A model generated the notes under the pieces. The model searched no databases, was not told where the DNA came from, and saw nothing but the letters and a program-made list of their open reading frames with translations. A DNA stretch of 64,000 bases, taken from sequence record PV112478.1. One strand, 5' to 3'. Within the stretch, counting starts at the first letter, position 1, and each line of letters opens with the position of its first letter. Below are positions 50,122 through 58,528 of the stretch, piece after piece. The translations under genes were made by a program, and so were the position numbers.

Positions 50122-51858
50122 ATGAAAAATATTAAGCGCGATGACATTGAAGGTTATGAGTTTAAAAACTCCTTTTTTGTTCAGTCTGCCAATACGCCTG
50201 GAAGCGACCTATTAGTCGTTAAAGAAATTATTCATCTTAAAAATAAAGAACAAGTCCCTAATCTTCGTTTTATCAAAGACTTTAAACGTCCTTATTACGT
50301 TACTCGTGAGAGCCAACGTAAGTACAAAGAAAAACGTGTTTGGGAAAGCCTTGATAATCTGCGCCGTTACGAGTGCACGCAATCATCCTTAGCCTCTGAT
50401 ATTCAACGCAAATTAAAAACTGGTAGAGGCGGCGTAAAAACACTCAATCGCAACCCATATCTTTTTGGTACTGATATCACTAGTTCTGTTCTGATCAAAC
50501 ATCAGTACATGACGAAATTCCCGCACCTTAAAAGTTTATACCGTGTCGCGCATCTCGATATTGAATTTGACGTGGTCGACGGAACGAACAGTATCAACAT
50601 GATCTCGGTGTCCTGTGGTGACCGTGTCTTTCAGGCGATCACTAAAGCCTATATCGGAACGAGTATTGATTTCGTTGAGAAAGTCAAACAATGCTACGAA
50701 AGGGAAGTTGTCCCTATCCTTCGCGAAGTCGATCAGAAGATAAAGCAGTTTAAAGATAAAAAGATTCATCACCATTTTGACCTCGAAATCTACGAAGCCG
50801 CTGACGAAGCTGATGCGGTACAATGGATCTTTAATATTCTCCACAATGTCTTAAAACCTGATATGCTATCGATTTGGAACCTGCCTTACGATACCAAAAA
50901 GATGATGCAGGCATTAGACCGGAGGAATATCCCACGTGAGTACGTTTTCAATGATCCTTCTATCCCTGACGAGTTTAAGTTCTTTAACCTCAAAGAAGGC
51001 GAAGCGAAGATCTTTGACGCGAACGGCGTAGGGGAATCAAAAGACCCATGTGACCGTTGGCACCGTGTTCAATCTCCAGGGCACTTCTTCTGGGTTGACC
51101 AGATGTCTGTTCGTCGTGCTGTTCGTAAACACCTGAACAAAGAACCCTCTTATGCCTTAGGCGACATTCTGTACAAGGAATTGGGTTTTGGTAAGTTGAA
51201 AGGCGATAAGGGCGTTCGTTCCACCGGGATCGACTGGCACAAACACATGCAGCGCGAAGAAAAAGTTTTCTACTGCGTTTACAACATGTTCGATAACATC
51301 GGTGCCCAACTCCTCGACGAGAAAACAGAAGACTTACGTTCTACGTTTCCTGCTCAATGCGGATTCAGTGAACTACAGTCGTACGGTTCTCAAGGTCGTA
51401 AACTTGCTGATGACTTTTACTTTGATCTCTTAGAGAAAGGGTACGTCTTAACGGGTACGTCCGATAAGATGGAGAAAGAGCTCGACAAGCATCTGGTTCC
51501 ACTCGATGGTTGGATCTCTACGTTAGCAGCGCATCTTATTCACGAAGAGATGGGGAACAAAGTCCTTAAAGAGCACCCGGGTACATTCACTAAGATCGTT
51601 AAGTGGGTATTGGACATCGACGTTAAGTCTTCCTATCCTTCTACTGGGGTATGGATGAACCTGTCGCAAGAAACCACGAAACGAGCGATGTGTAAAATCA
51701 TTGGGGTCGATTTCGAGGAACAAAGACGGGCAGGGTTGAACTTGTGTGCAGGGAGGGTCAACTCCGTCGAAATTGTGACAAAGCTCTGTAAAGCGCCTAC
51801 TCAATTACAGATGCTTCAGCGCTTCTGTAAGGCGAAGGGAATTGAACTTGAGGATTGA
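50122..51858 (+). CDS. Split family-B DNA polymerase, exonuclease plus motif A subunit (phiKZ gp82-like)
   Basis: ExoI AHLDIEFD, ExoII WNLPYD, ExoIII YNMFD, and polymerase motif A LDIDVKSSYPS; ORF ends before motifs B and C. Confidence 0.85.
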   Translation: MKNIKRDDIEGYEFKNSFFVQSANTPGSDLLVVKEIIHLKNKEQVPNLRFIKDFKRPYYVTRESQRKYKEKRVWESLDNLRRYECTQSSLASDIQRKLKTGRGGVKTLNRNPYLFGTDITSSVLIKHQYMTKFPHLKSLYRVAHLDIEFDVVDGTNSINMISVSCGDRVFQAITKAYIGTSIDFVEKVKQCYEREVVPILREVDQKIKQFKDKKIHHHFDLEIYEAADEADAVQWIFNILHNVLKPDMLSIWNLPYDTKKMMQALDRRNIPREYVFNDPSIPDEFKFFNLKEGEAKIFDANGVGESKDPCDRWHRVQSPGHFFWVDQMSVRRAVRKHLNKEPSYALGDILYKELGFGKLKGDKGVRSTGIDWHKHMQREEKVFYCVYNMFDNIGAQLLDEKTEDLRSTFPAQCGFSELQSYGSQGRKLADDFYFDLLEKGYVLTGTSDKMEKELDKHLVPLDGWISTLAAHLIHEEMGNKVLKEHPGTFTKIVKWVLDIDVKSSYPSTGVWMNLSQETTKRAMCKIIGVDFEEQRRAGLNLCAGRVNSVEIVTKLCKAPTQLQMLQRFCKAKGIELED

Positions 51859-51876
51859 TATCAAAAAAGAAAAGTA

Positions 51877-51930
51877 ACGGCACAGAGAGGCTACTGGAAC
51901 CCTTAACGGGGTTCCAGTAGCGATTGTGTC
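51877..51930. terminator. Convergent-junction hairpin; TGTGCCGT follows on the - strand
   Basis: 13-bp stem GCTACTGGAACCC/GGGTTCCAGTAGC. Confidence 0.75.
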
Positions 51931-51967
51931 TTTAGTATCGACAAAGAACCGTCTTTCTATTGCGGGT

Positions 51968-53341
51968 TTACTTCAATGCACTCTTCCAGTCGAACTTCTC
52001 CACTTTCAATGACCTTCCATGCATCGCACTCATCTGGATACCCATAATTATCGATCCGACCTCCGTAGCCAATGCCCCTAAAGCGGTCTTCGTATTCTCG
52101 AAACGTTTCCCGATACACTTCACGCAGAAGTTACCGTCGGTCGTGTGGCAAAAAAGCGGTGAGCGGAACAAATAACGTTTCCCGTGTGAGGCAGCAGCGA
52201 TCTCTGGCGTCATGAGAGTGAGTACGTTCTTCTCATCAAAGAAGTAAGACCAATGAAAACCTTCCTCATTCTCTTTCGTTACCGTGTGCTCCAGCCCAAG
52301 TCTGGAACCGCAATCGTCTTCTGCAATAGCCGTGTTCATGAAGAAGCGACCAATGAACTTAGCGGCCTCGCCCCCTAAGGCGGTCATAGCGCCTCGGTTG
52401 AAGGAACCGTCGATAAGGGAGTTCGCCATCTCCGGAAGTTTATTGATATCCCATTGCTCTGACAGCGGGTTTTGAATAACCGTGATTTTGTTTCGGTTTT
52501 CAAAATCGTATTCGATAGCGTGGGAGATATAAGCCTTAGCACGGACGACATCGAAGTCTTTAGAACCGGGTCTCAGGAATCCTTTCTCGGGGTCTTGTGA
52601 CTGGAATTCGATATCGTACTTGATCAGTTCGGACATGATTTTGGCGACAATCGCAGGATCGTCAAGTTGGTCCTTATACTGTTCGTACAGTGCCGTACGG
52701 CGTTTTGCCATGTCAGGAGCAGTAACGATCGTGTAGGGTGTTGCAGCGGGTGTTGCGAGCTGACACCAGCCCGTTAAAGAGAAAGCGGCCGGATAGTATT
52801 TACTTTCCAGTTCATCGGTGTAGATCTTCTGTGGATCGCGTTCACTGGGGTCTTCCGGGGGTGTTTCTAACAGTTCAGCAATCTTATCTTCAATCTTGCC
52901 TATTTTGATCTCACCCGCTATAAAAGGGATACGGTCTTTGAAAGGGTAACAAAGTACCGTTTGGTTAACCATGACATTCCCTACAAGCGTAGTGACTTTC
53001 TCTTTTACGTTGACGAGGTCGCCTGGTTCTAAATCAATTTTGTCTTTGAACCGGAAGGGGGCGATACCTGGTTCAGCACCTTGAAGGACTTCCCATTCTT
53101 TACTGAAGGGATTAAAGAAGACTACCTGACCGTCTTCCTGGAAAAGTTGAAAGGGGTATTCCTCGAAATCTTCGCGCCGGGGTTCATCTTTAAAGTAAAG
53201 CGGGTACTTCCCGTTCGGTCTGCGCTCAGGGTCTTTCTCCGGGTAGTTGACGATACCAAAAGCATCGATGACCCATCCTTTATAAAGGAAACTGCCGTAG
53301 TTCAAAGCAGTTAATAAATAATCGCGTTTAAGCATGGTCAA
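51968..53341 (-). CDS. Virion RNA polymerase beta' subunit, middle fragment (phiKZ gp80-like)
   Basis: EDDCGS and RSPLFC...CVKCIG zinc site; ALGALATEVGSIIMGIQMSAMHG aligns with the beta' region preceding the trigger loop. Confidence 0.85.
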   Translation of the reverse strand: MTMLKRDYLLTALNYGSFLYKGWVIDAFGIVNYPEKDPERRPNGKYPLYFKDEPRREDFEEYPFQLFQEDGQVVFFNPFSKEWEVLQGAEPGIAPFRFKDKIDLEPGDLVNVKEKVTTLVGNVMVNQTVLCYPFKDRIPFIAGEIKIGKIEDKIAELLETPPEDPSERDPQKIYTDELESKYYPAAFSLTGWCQLATPAATPYTIVTAPDMAKRRTALYEQYKDQLDDPAIVAKIMSELIKYDIEFQSQDPEKGFLRPGSKDFDVVRAKAYISHAIEYDFENRNKITVIQNPLSEQWDINKLPEMANSLIDGSFNRGAMTALGGEAAKFIGRFFMNTAIAEDDCGSRLGLEHTVTKENEEGFHWSYFFDEKNVLTLMTPEIAAASHGKRYLFRSPLFCHTTDGNFCVKCIGKRFENTKTALGALATEVGSIIMGIQMSAMHGRSLKVEKFDWKSALK

Positions 53342-54167
53342 ACTCCGGGAGTGGTAATTTAGTCACAATTCTTGAAATTGTTAATAGCGTTTTCGGGTCG
53401 ATGAAATAATGCGGCAGTTCTTCACCAATACGCTCTTTGATTTTATCGTTCGGAATACCAGCAGCAATCGCAGAGAAAACTGCTAACTTACCGATAACCT
53501 CCGGTGTATTCTTTTCCTCTGAAAAGTAATAATCCAGGAAATTAGTTAATGGCTCACCTACACTACCGCCGTCTTTGAAGAAACGCACTGCTCGTTCGAT
53601 CCCGTAGAAATTCAGGGCGTTCTTTGTTCTTTCAACCAGAGCAGTGTCAATCGAATCGTCTTCGGGGAAACGATAGGTCATTTCGTTGAGATAATCTCGG
53701 AGGCGATAAAGTAATGAAGGTGAGACTTCGGCGGTGAGTTCAAGAATCTGATTAGGGTCAAGTGTATTGTCCACCACGTGCAGTACTTCGGCGATTTTTT
53801 CTTTGGGGTCTTCAGCGATTTCTAATGCGTATTTAACCGACTGAAGATCCTCATGCGAATCGACGTGGTATAACGCTTGACAGATCTTTGCGAGGAGCTC
53901 GAGTTTACCGTAAAGCGGCTGGTCGTCGCTTAGATATAGACCGAACTCCTCAATGCCTTCTGCCAACAGGTCGGTGACGATCTGATCGAATTGCGCGACG
54001 TTGTCTACCGTCGTAAACTCATCGAGGTAGGTGGTAAACTGGTTAAATTGTAGCTCGAACGTACCCGGGTCTAAACGATACAAAAACGGCAGTACAACTT
54101 TATATGTTGAAACTCTGGCTTCTGACACCGTACGTGTCAGATAGTTGAGTAAATTGTCGATCAGCAT
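53328..54167 (-). CDS. Hypothetical protein
   Basis: 279 aa, overlaps the vRNAP gene start. Confidence 0.65.
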   Translation of the reverse strand: MLIDNLLNYLTRTVSEARVSTYKVVLPFLYRLDPGTFELQFNQFTTYLDEFTTVDNVAQFDQIVTDLLAEGIEEFGLYLSDDQPLYGKLELLAKICQALYHVDSHEDLQSVKYALEIAEDPKEKIAEVLHVVDNTLDPNQILELTAEVSPSLLYRLRDYLNEMTYRFPEDDSIDTALVERTKNALNFYGIERAVRFFKDGGSVGEPLTNFLDYYFSEEKNTPEVIGKLAVFSAIAAGIPNDKIKERIGEELPHYFIDPKTLLTISRIVTKLPLPEFDHA

Positions 54168-54245
54168 TATTGAGCCCTTATGTAAATTTTAATTCACAGT
54201 AAGCGTAATTTGAATGAAAATCTTTTTCTAACTGAGGCAAATGAC

Positions 54246-54674
54246 ATGTCTAAAGCACGTAAGAAGAAACCCACTAAAAAGCCCGGTTACATGAAGTTAC
54301 ACGGGTTTCAATACATCAATGACATTATTCGGAAATCACCGAAGTTACTCTCCGAAGCCGCCACTATAGTAGTGCAGTTCGACGCCTTAGATGAAAAAAC
54401 TCTTTCTTTAGGGGAAATCCTGAAAGGGAAAGAAGAGATCAAGAAGATAGCAGAGAAAGCACCCTCTATTCGAACGACGCTCGAAGAACTGAAAACCGAT
54501 TTCGAAACGCTGGTTGCGACACCGGGTAAAAAGGAAGAAGAGCACTTCGCCGATTTGGTTGGACGTGCTGCTGAATTTATTTCAATGATCACTGAAGACG
54601 TGATTGCGCCGATGGCAGAGATCGCGGAGATTGTAGAAAAACGCATTAACCAAAAGGAAACTGTCAATGTCTGA
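54246..54674 (+). CDS. Hypothetical helical protein
   Basis: Likely start ATG 54246 after GAGG; basic N-terminus. Confidence 0.65.
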   Translation: MSKARKKKPTKKPGYMKLHGFQYINDIIRKSPKLLSEAATIVVQFDALDEKTLSLGEILKGKEEIKKIAEKAPSIRTTLEELKTDFETLVATPGKKEEEHFADLVGRAAEFISMITEDVIAPMAEIAEIVEKRINQKETVNV

Positions 54675-56391
54675 TTTTGAAAACGAACAGTCCGGTACTG
54701 AAGAAACCCCTACTATTCCTACCACGGGTGTAGGTATTCCGGTCACCAAACACGTTATCACTGACGACGTGTTTGAGGAAGCGCCGGTAGCAGTCTCCGA
54801 TGAGACTGTTCAGGAAGACACTGTCACTCCGGCGGAAGAAGAAACCAAACCGGAAGAAGAGACGGAAGAGAAAGAAGAAGAAGAACATCTTCTCTTTGAC
54901 GTCGAACCGAATAAAATCGTGATTGATCCGACTCGCCCTATCTTTGTCAGGATCGATCCTAATCAACGCGGCATTGCAGCGTTAAGTGTATTGCCCACGA
55001 CGCGTGCTGACGCAGAGACGTTTGAAGAAAGTTTGAATAACGTCACTAACGAAGACCTTGAATGGATTCTCTCGACTCGTAACGCGACGGATTCAGCGTA
55101 TCCCGGAAACGGTCTTCTGAAAGCGGCGATCCGTAACGGAGCAAAGTGGAAGACTCAGATCGAGAACCCGGCGACACCGATCCCGCTTTGTGATTACCGC
55201 AGTGCGTATAAGATCTTTGATCAACCGGCTACCAAAATTTCGGGTATTGATGCAATCGATATGTTCACGGCCGGGACTAACTTGGGTCGTCCTGTCACGG
55301 TACCGCTGTGGCACTCTGGTTTCTGGGTGAAACTCCGTGCACCGTCGGCTGCATTCTTAGCGGATATCGACCGTGCCTTAGCCTTTTCACGTGAAGAGCT
55401 CGGACTAGAAGTCTTCGGGGCGATCGGGGCCAATGACCGTTTGATCTTTGACGAGATTCTCGTTGACGCGGCGTTGAAACTCGTTGTAGAAACCAATATC
55501 CCGATTGCGAAATCCCCGATGGAATTAAAAGAGGTTATTGACTTCTTTGATATCGACAACCTGATCTGGGGTATGGCATTAGCAGCATTCCCGGACGGTT
55601 GCGAGATCGCCATTCCGTGCCCGAGCTGTCGCGGTGTGAGTCACGTCAAAGCAAACCTTCTCCGTATGCGTTTCGTTGATGAGTCGCGTTTGACGCAGGT
55701 TCAGATCCGTCAGATGGCCAAAGGGATTAGCCATAAGACAACGCTGGAAGAATTGAAGAAATATAAGGAAGAGTTCCAAATCCTCAATACTCAGAAATGG
55801 GAATGGAACAAACGTACTTTCACCTTCCGTTCACCAACGATCGAAGAGTACTTAACTTCAGGTCGGGAATATATCACTTCGGTTTCCCGTGCGTTAACAG
55901 AAACGCTGCGTGACGACATTACTGACGACTACCGCCGTGGCCAGAGCATGAAGTCAATCCTTAACACGGAAGAGACAGCGCGGTTCATGCACTTCATTCG
56001 TGAGATTCGTATCCCGAACACCAACGAAAAAGGTAACCCGGATAACTACGGGATTGTTACCGATTCCCATGCTATCCTCGATATCATGCGTTATATTTCG
56101 GGTGACTTCGAAGCCAGTGACGGTTTAATCGTGGCAATCAATGATTTCATCAATGACGCCATCTGCACTATCATTGGATTCCCTAACGTCAATTGCCCGG
56201 CTTGTGGTAAATTCTATCTCTCGAAGACCGGGGAAGCGACAATTATTGTTCCGTTTAACCCTGCTGTGGGTTTTTTTATCCTTGCGCAACACAAGATTAC
56301 GGAAGCGGGGTCGGAGCCACTGACGAATTTAATGACGTTAGGTCTGACCGGTTTGCTATCCAAGGTATCGGCCAGCGAGGCTCAGGGTTAA
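54667..56391 (+). CDS. T4 gp26-like baseplate hub / tail assembly chaperone
   Basis: FDIDNLIWGMALAAFPDGCEIAIPCPSC..KANL, TFRSPTIEEY and C-terminal CPACG..PFNPAVGFF follow the gp26-family pattern (recognised by eye). Confidence 0.6.
   Translation: MSDFENEQSGTEETPTIPTTGVGIPVTKHVITDDVFEEAPVAVSDETVQEDTVTPAEEETKPEEETEEKEEEEHLLFDVEPNKIVIDPTRPIFVRIDPNQRGIAALSVLPTTRADAETFEESLNNVTNEDLEWILSTRNATDSAYPGNGLLKAAIRNGAKWKTQIENPATPIPLCDYRSAYKIFDQPATKISGIDAIDMFTAGTNLGRPVTVPLWHSGFWVKLRAPSAAFLADIDRALAFSREELGLEVFGAIGANDRLIFDEILVDAALKLVVETNIPIAKSPMELKEVIDFFDIDNLIWGMALAAFPDGCEIAIPCPSCRGVSHVKANLLRMRFVDESRLTQVQIRQMAKGISHKTTLEELKKYKEEFQILNTQKWEWNKRTFTFRSPTIEEYLTSGREYITSVSRALTETLRDDITDDYRRGQSMKSILNTEETARFMHFIREIRIPNTNEKGNPDNYGIVTDSHAILDIMRYISGDFEASDGLIVAINDFINDAICTIIGFPNVNCPACGKFYLSKTGEATIIVPFNPAVGFFILAQHKITEAGSEPLTNLMTLGLTGLLSKVSASEAQG
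56268..56277 (+). promoter_or_regulatory. Candidate -1 ribosomal frameshift slippery site G GGT TTT TTT
   Basis: In-frame X XXY YYZ heptamers (G GGT TTT and T TTT TTT); -1 frame is stop-free from 56259 to 56792. Confidence 0.7.
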
Positions 56392-56795
56392 TTGAGAAGA
56401 CAGGCGGATTGGGGAACCTTTCCGCCAAAGTGGCGTTGCGCAGGGCGTACGACCTCGATAACGGGATTTACTCTGAAGCAGTAGATGCCAAAGTCCCTTT
56501 CTCTCTTATTGCGATGCATGAACCCGAAGCGGCTGCAAACAAAGGGAAATGGGATGAGTTACTCGAAAAATATCACACGCACCAGATTAAAGATTACTTC
56601 AACTTTACGTTTACAGATTGGGTGAGTCAACCTAATGATATGGTTGAAAAGCAAATCAACACTTCTATTCGGTGGCGTGAACGAGAAGTCAATGCTAAAT
56701 CAGAAGAAACGAAAGAGTTAGAGGCACAACTTTCCCAACAGGGTATTACGGTCCCTAACGTTCAAATGATGAAGGAAAAAGGCCATGGCCAATAA
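56277..56795 (+). CDS. gp51/gpT-like domain, probably made as a -1 frameshift extension of 54667..
   Basis: Track ORF begins at a TTG (56409), but the frame is open back to 56259 with no ATG/GTG/TTG; KYHTHQIKDYFNFTFTDWVSQP resembles chaperone T-type helices. Confidence 0.6.
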   Translation, partial: YPCATQDYGSGVGATDEFNDVRSDRFAIQGIGQRGSGLIEKTGGLGNLSAKVALRRAYDLDNGIYSEAVDAKVPFSLIAMHEPEAAANKGKWDELLEKYHTHQIKDYFNFTFTDWVSQPNDMVEKQINTSIRWREREVNAKSEETKELEAQLSQQGITVPNVQMMKEKGHGQ

Positions 56796-57423
56796 GTTTG
56801 ATAAAATCCAAAAGAAATCTCAGGAACTCTCTGACGCAGCAGATGCGGTAGCAGAGACGGCTGCTTCGGGTGAGAACGACAACGCTCCTGTTGCAGCAAC
56901 CGTGGCAACCGAGTCTGCGGTAGGTGGCAGCGTGAAAGTAAGCACAGTCTCTGAAACTGCGGCTAAAACTTCGGCCGATGTTTACGCCGGGGAAAGTGAT
57001 GCGGTCAAATTGATCATTGCACACCTCGAAGACTACGTTCTGAAAATGGCACCGGAAAAAGCGCAGACTGAATCTTCACTGAAAGAAAATCAGAGTGTGC
57101 TCTATCGGACACTGGAGCAACTGGTTAATCTGGACAATGTTGCGGATTTTGCGGTCTGCATGAAACGTCTGTTTGCGCTGGTTCGCAAATACGAAGACGG
57201 AGCCTTTGCGCCCAATATGCGTTTTCGTCGCCTGAGCCTTTTAGCGAAGGGTGATAAACAACTCGACAAATACATCGCGTTCGTCGACATGGTTTGCGCC
57301 TTTGCTACTCCCGCAGTGCGTAAAACTATCATTCAACGCTACAACCTGGCACGAGCGGCAGAATTCGCTAAACCGGAATATCGTGAGCGTCTGATTGAAT
57401 TCGTGAAGGCGATCAGCGGTTAA
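56785..57423 (+). CDS. Hypothetical protein
   Basis: 212 aa, AAGG SD, Ala-rich N-terminus; last gene of the operon. Confidence 0.7.
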   Translation: MANKFDKIQKKSQELSDAADAVAETAASGENDNAPVAATVATESAVGGSVKVSTVSETAAKTSADVYAGESDAVKLIIAHLEDYVLKMAPEKAQTESSLKENQSVLYRTLEQLVNLDNVADFAVCMKRLFALVRKYEDGAFAPNMRFRRLSLLAKGDKQLDKYIAFVDMVCAFATPAVRKTIIQRYNLARAAEFAKPEYRERLIEFVKAISG

Positions 57424-57426
57424 TTA

Positions 57427-57469
57427 CATAAACACTCCTCTCTCCGCCTAGGCGGAGAGAGGAGCTATG
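57427..57469. terminator. Perfect 30-bp palindrome with TATGTA on both sides
   Basis: CTCCTCTCTCCGCCTAGGCGGAGAGAGGAG (57435-57464) between convergent genes. Confidence 0.75.
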
Positions 57470-57471
57470 TA

Positions 57472-58425
57472 TTATTTTACCCAGACCTTTTCCCAGTTAC
57501 TAAAGATCTCTCTAGTAATAGCTTCTTTAAGTTCTTTATCCGTTATATTACCAAGATAAAAATAAATAAAATCTTCCATCATGACGCGTCTGCCGCTGTC
57601 GATTGCAGGGATCTTTTGCGCTGTTTGAACAACGTCAGTTTTAGGGAGATGTTCGCTTAAACTATTTTCTCCATTGAGGCGAGTAAAAGCTTCTTGTAAC
57701 TTAGATAATTCTTCGGGATTATCCAAATCGATAATAAGCGTTTGACGTCCGACTGGGGTAGGCGTGAAATTAGGGTCTTGGCGTTCTGCTGGGTATAACG
57801 GTTGAATTGAGTACTGGGGAGCGTGGCGCCGGAAGTGATCTTCACTTATGTCTTTATGCACACCAGGAAACATTTCATCTATCCGTTCTTTAATGTCTAC
57901 GGGTACGTATTCTTCCCCGTCGCCATTATCGTTAAAAAGTAAATCAAAGCCAATGATAGAAACGGATCCCGGTTGGATTTCTTCACGGTCTGCTTCTGGG
58001 TCGAACTGATCATGTGGCTTAGGATATAAATATCGGCCGTTAGATAACAACCGAGGTACGAAAGTATATTCCCCTTTGACAATACCTTCTTGGTAACAGA
58101 GCAAATGATCACGAGGGGTATTGGTATTTATCAGTGTTATTTTACAGGAAATAATCGTGCGGGAAATATCTAGTTTGAGTAATCCTGTGTTAGCGGTGAA
58201 TTTTGCTTCGTTCAGTAATGGGAAGAAGCTATCGTCACGGTCATGCTTTTTGGCATCACTACGATTGATTACACTGACGTAAGCTAACCCGGATGATGGG
58301 CCGGTGATATCCCCGATCGCTTTCATCAGTTCTTTAATGGGAACACCTGTACTTTGTGACAACTCATGCAATGAAAAGTATACAACGATACTCTCGTTAT
58401 TGACGATTTTTGCTTGATGATTCAT
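57472..58425 (-). CDS. Hypothetical protein
   Basis: 317 aa, AAAGG SD. Confidence 0.65.
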   Translation of the reverse strand: MNHQAKIVNNESIVVYFSLHELSQSTGVPIKELMKAIGDITGPSSGLAYVSVINRSDAKKHDRDDSFFPLLNEAKFTANTGLLKLDISRTIISCKITLINTNTPRDHLLCYQEGIVKGEYTFVPRLLSNGRYLYPKPHDQFDPEADREEIQPGSVSIIGFDLLFNDNGDGEEYVPVDIKERIDEMFPGVHKDISEDHFRRHAPQYSIQPLYPAERQDPNFTPTPVGRQTLIIDLDNPEELSKLQEAFTRLNGENSLSEHLPKTDVVQTAQKIPAIDSGRRVMMEDFIYFYLGNITDKELKEAITREIFSNWEKVWVK

Positions 58426-58528
58426 CTTCTATTTACCTTTTGTTAGTTAAGACCTCATGTTGGGTCAATAAGATAAAAGAGAAGCGTATTTTTTGTTATG
58501 AGATCAATTTATCACGAAGGGTCAGATT

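Noticed and set aside
17388-53341. Inteins or introns in the RNAP, DnaB and DNA polymerase genes
   Set aside because: No C/S...HN-C/S/T splice junctions or LAGLIDADG/HNH motifs seen, and gene lengths show no obvious insertion.
58440-58470. Possible sigma70 promoter TTGACC-17-TAACAA on the - strand
   Set aside because: The -10 box matches only 3 of 6 positions in an AT-rich region; not distinguishable from chance.
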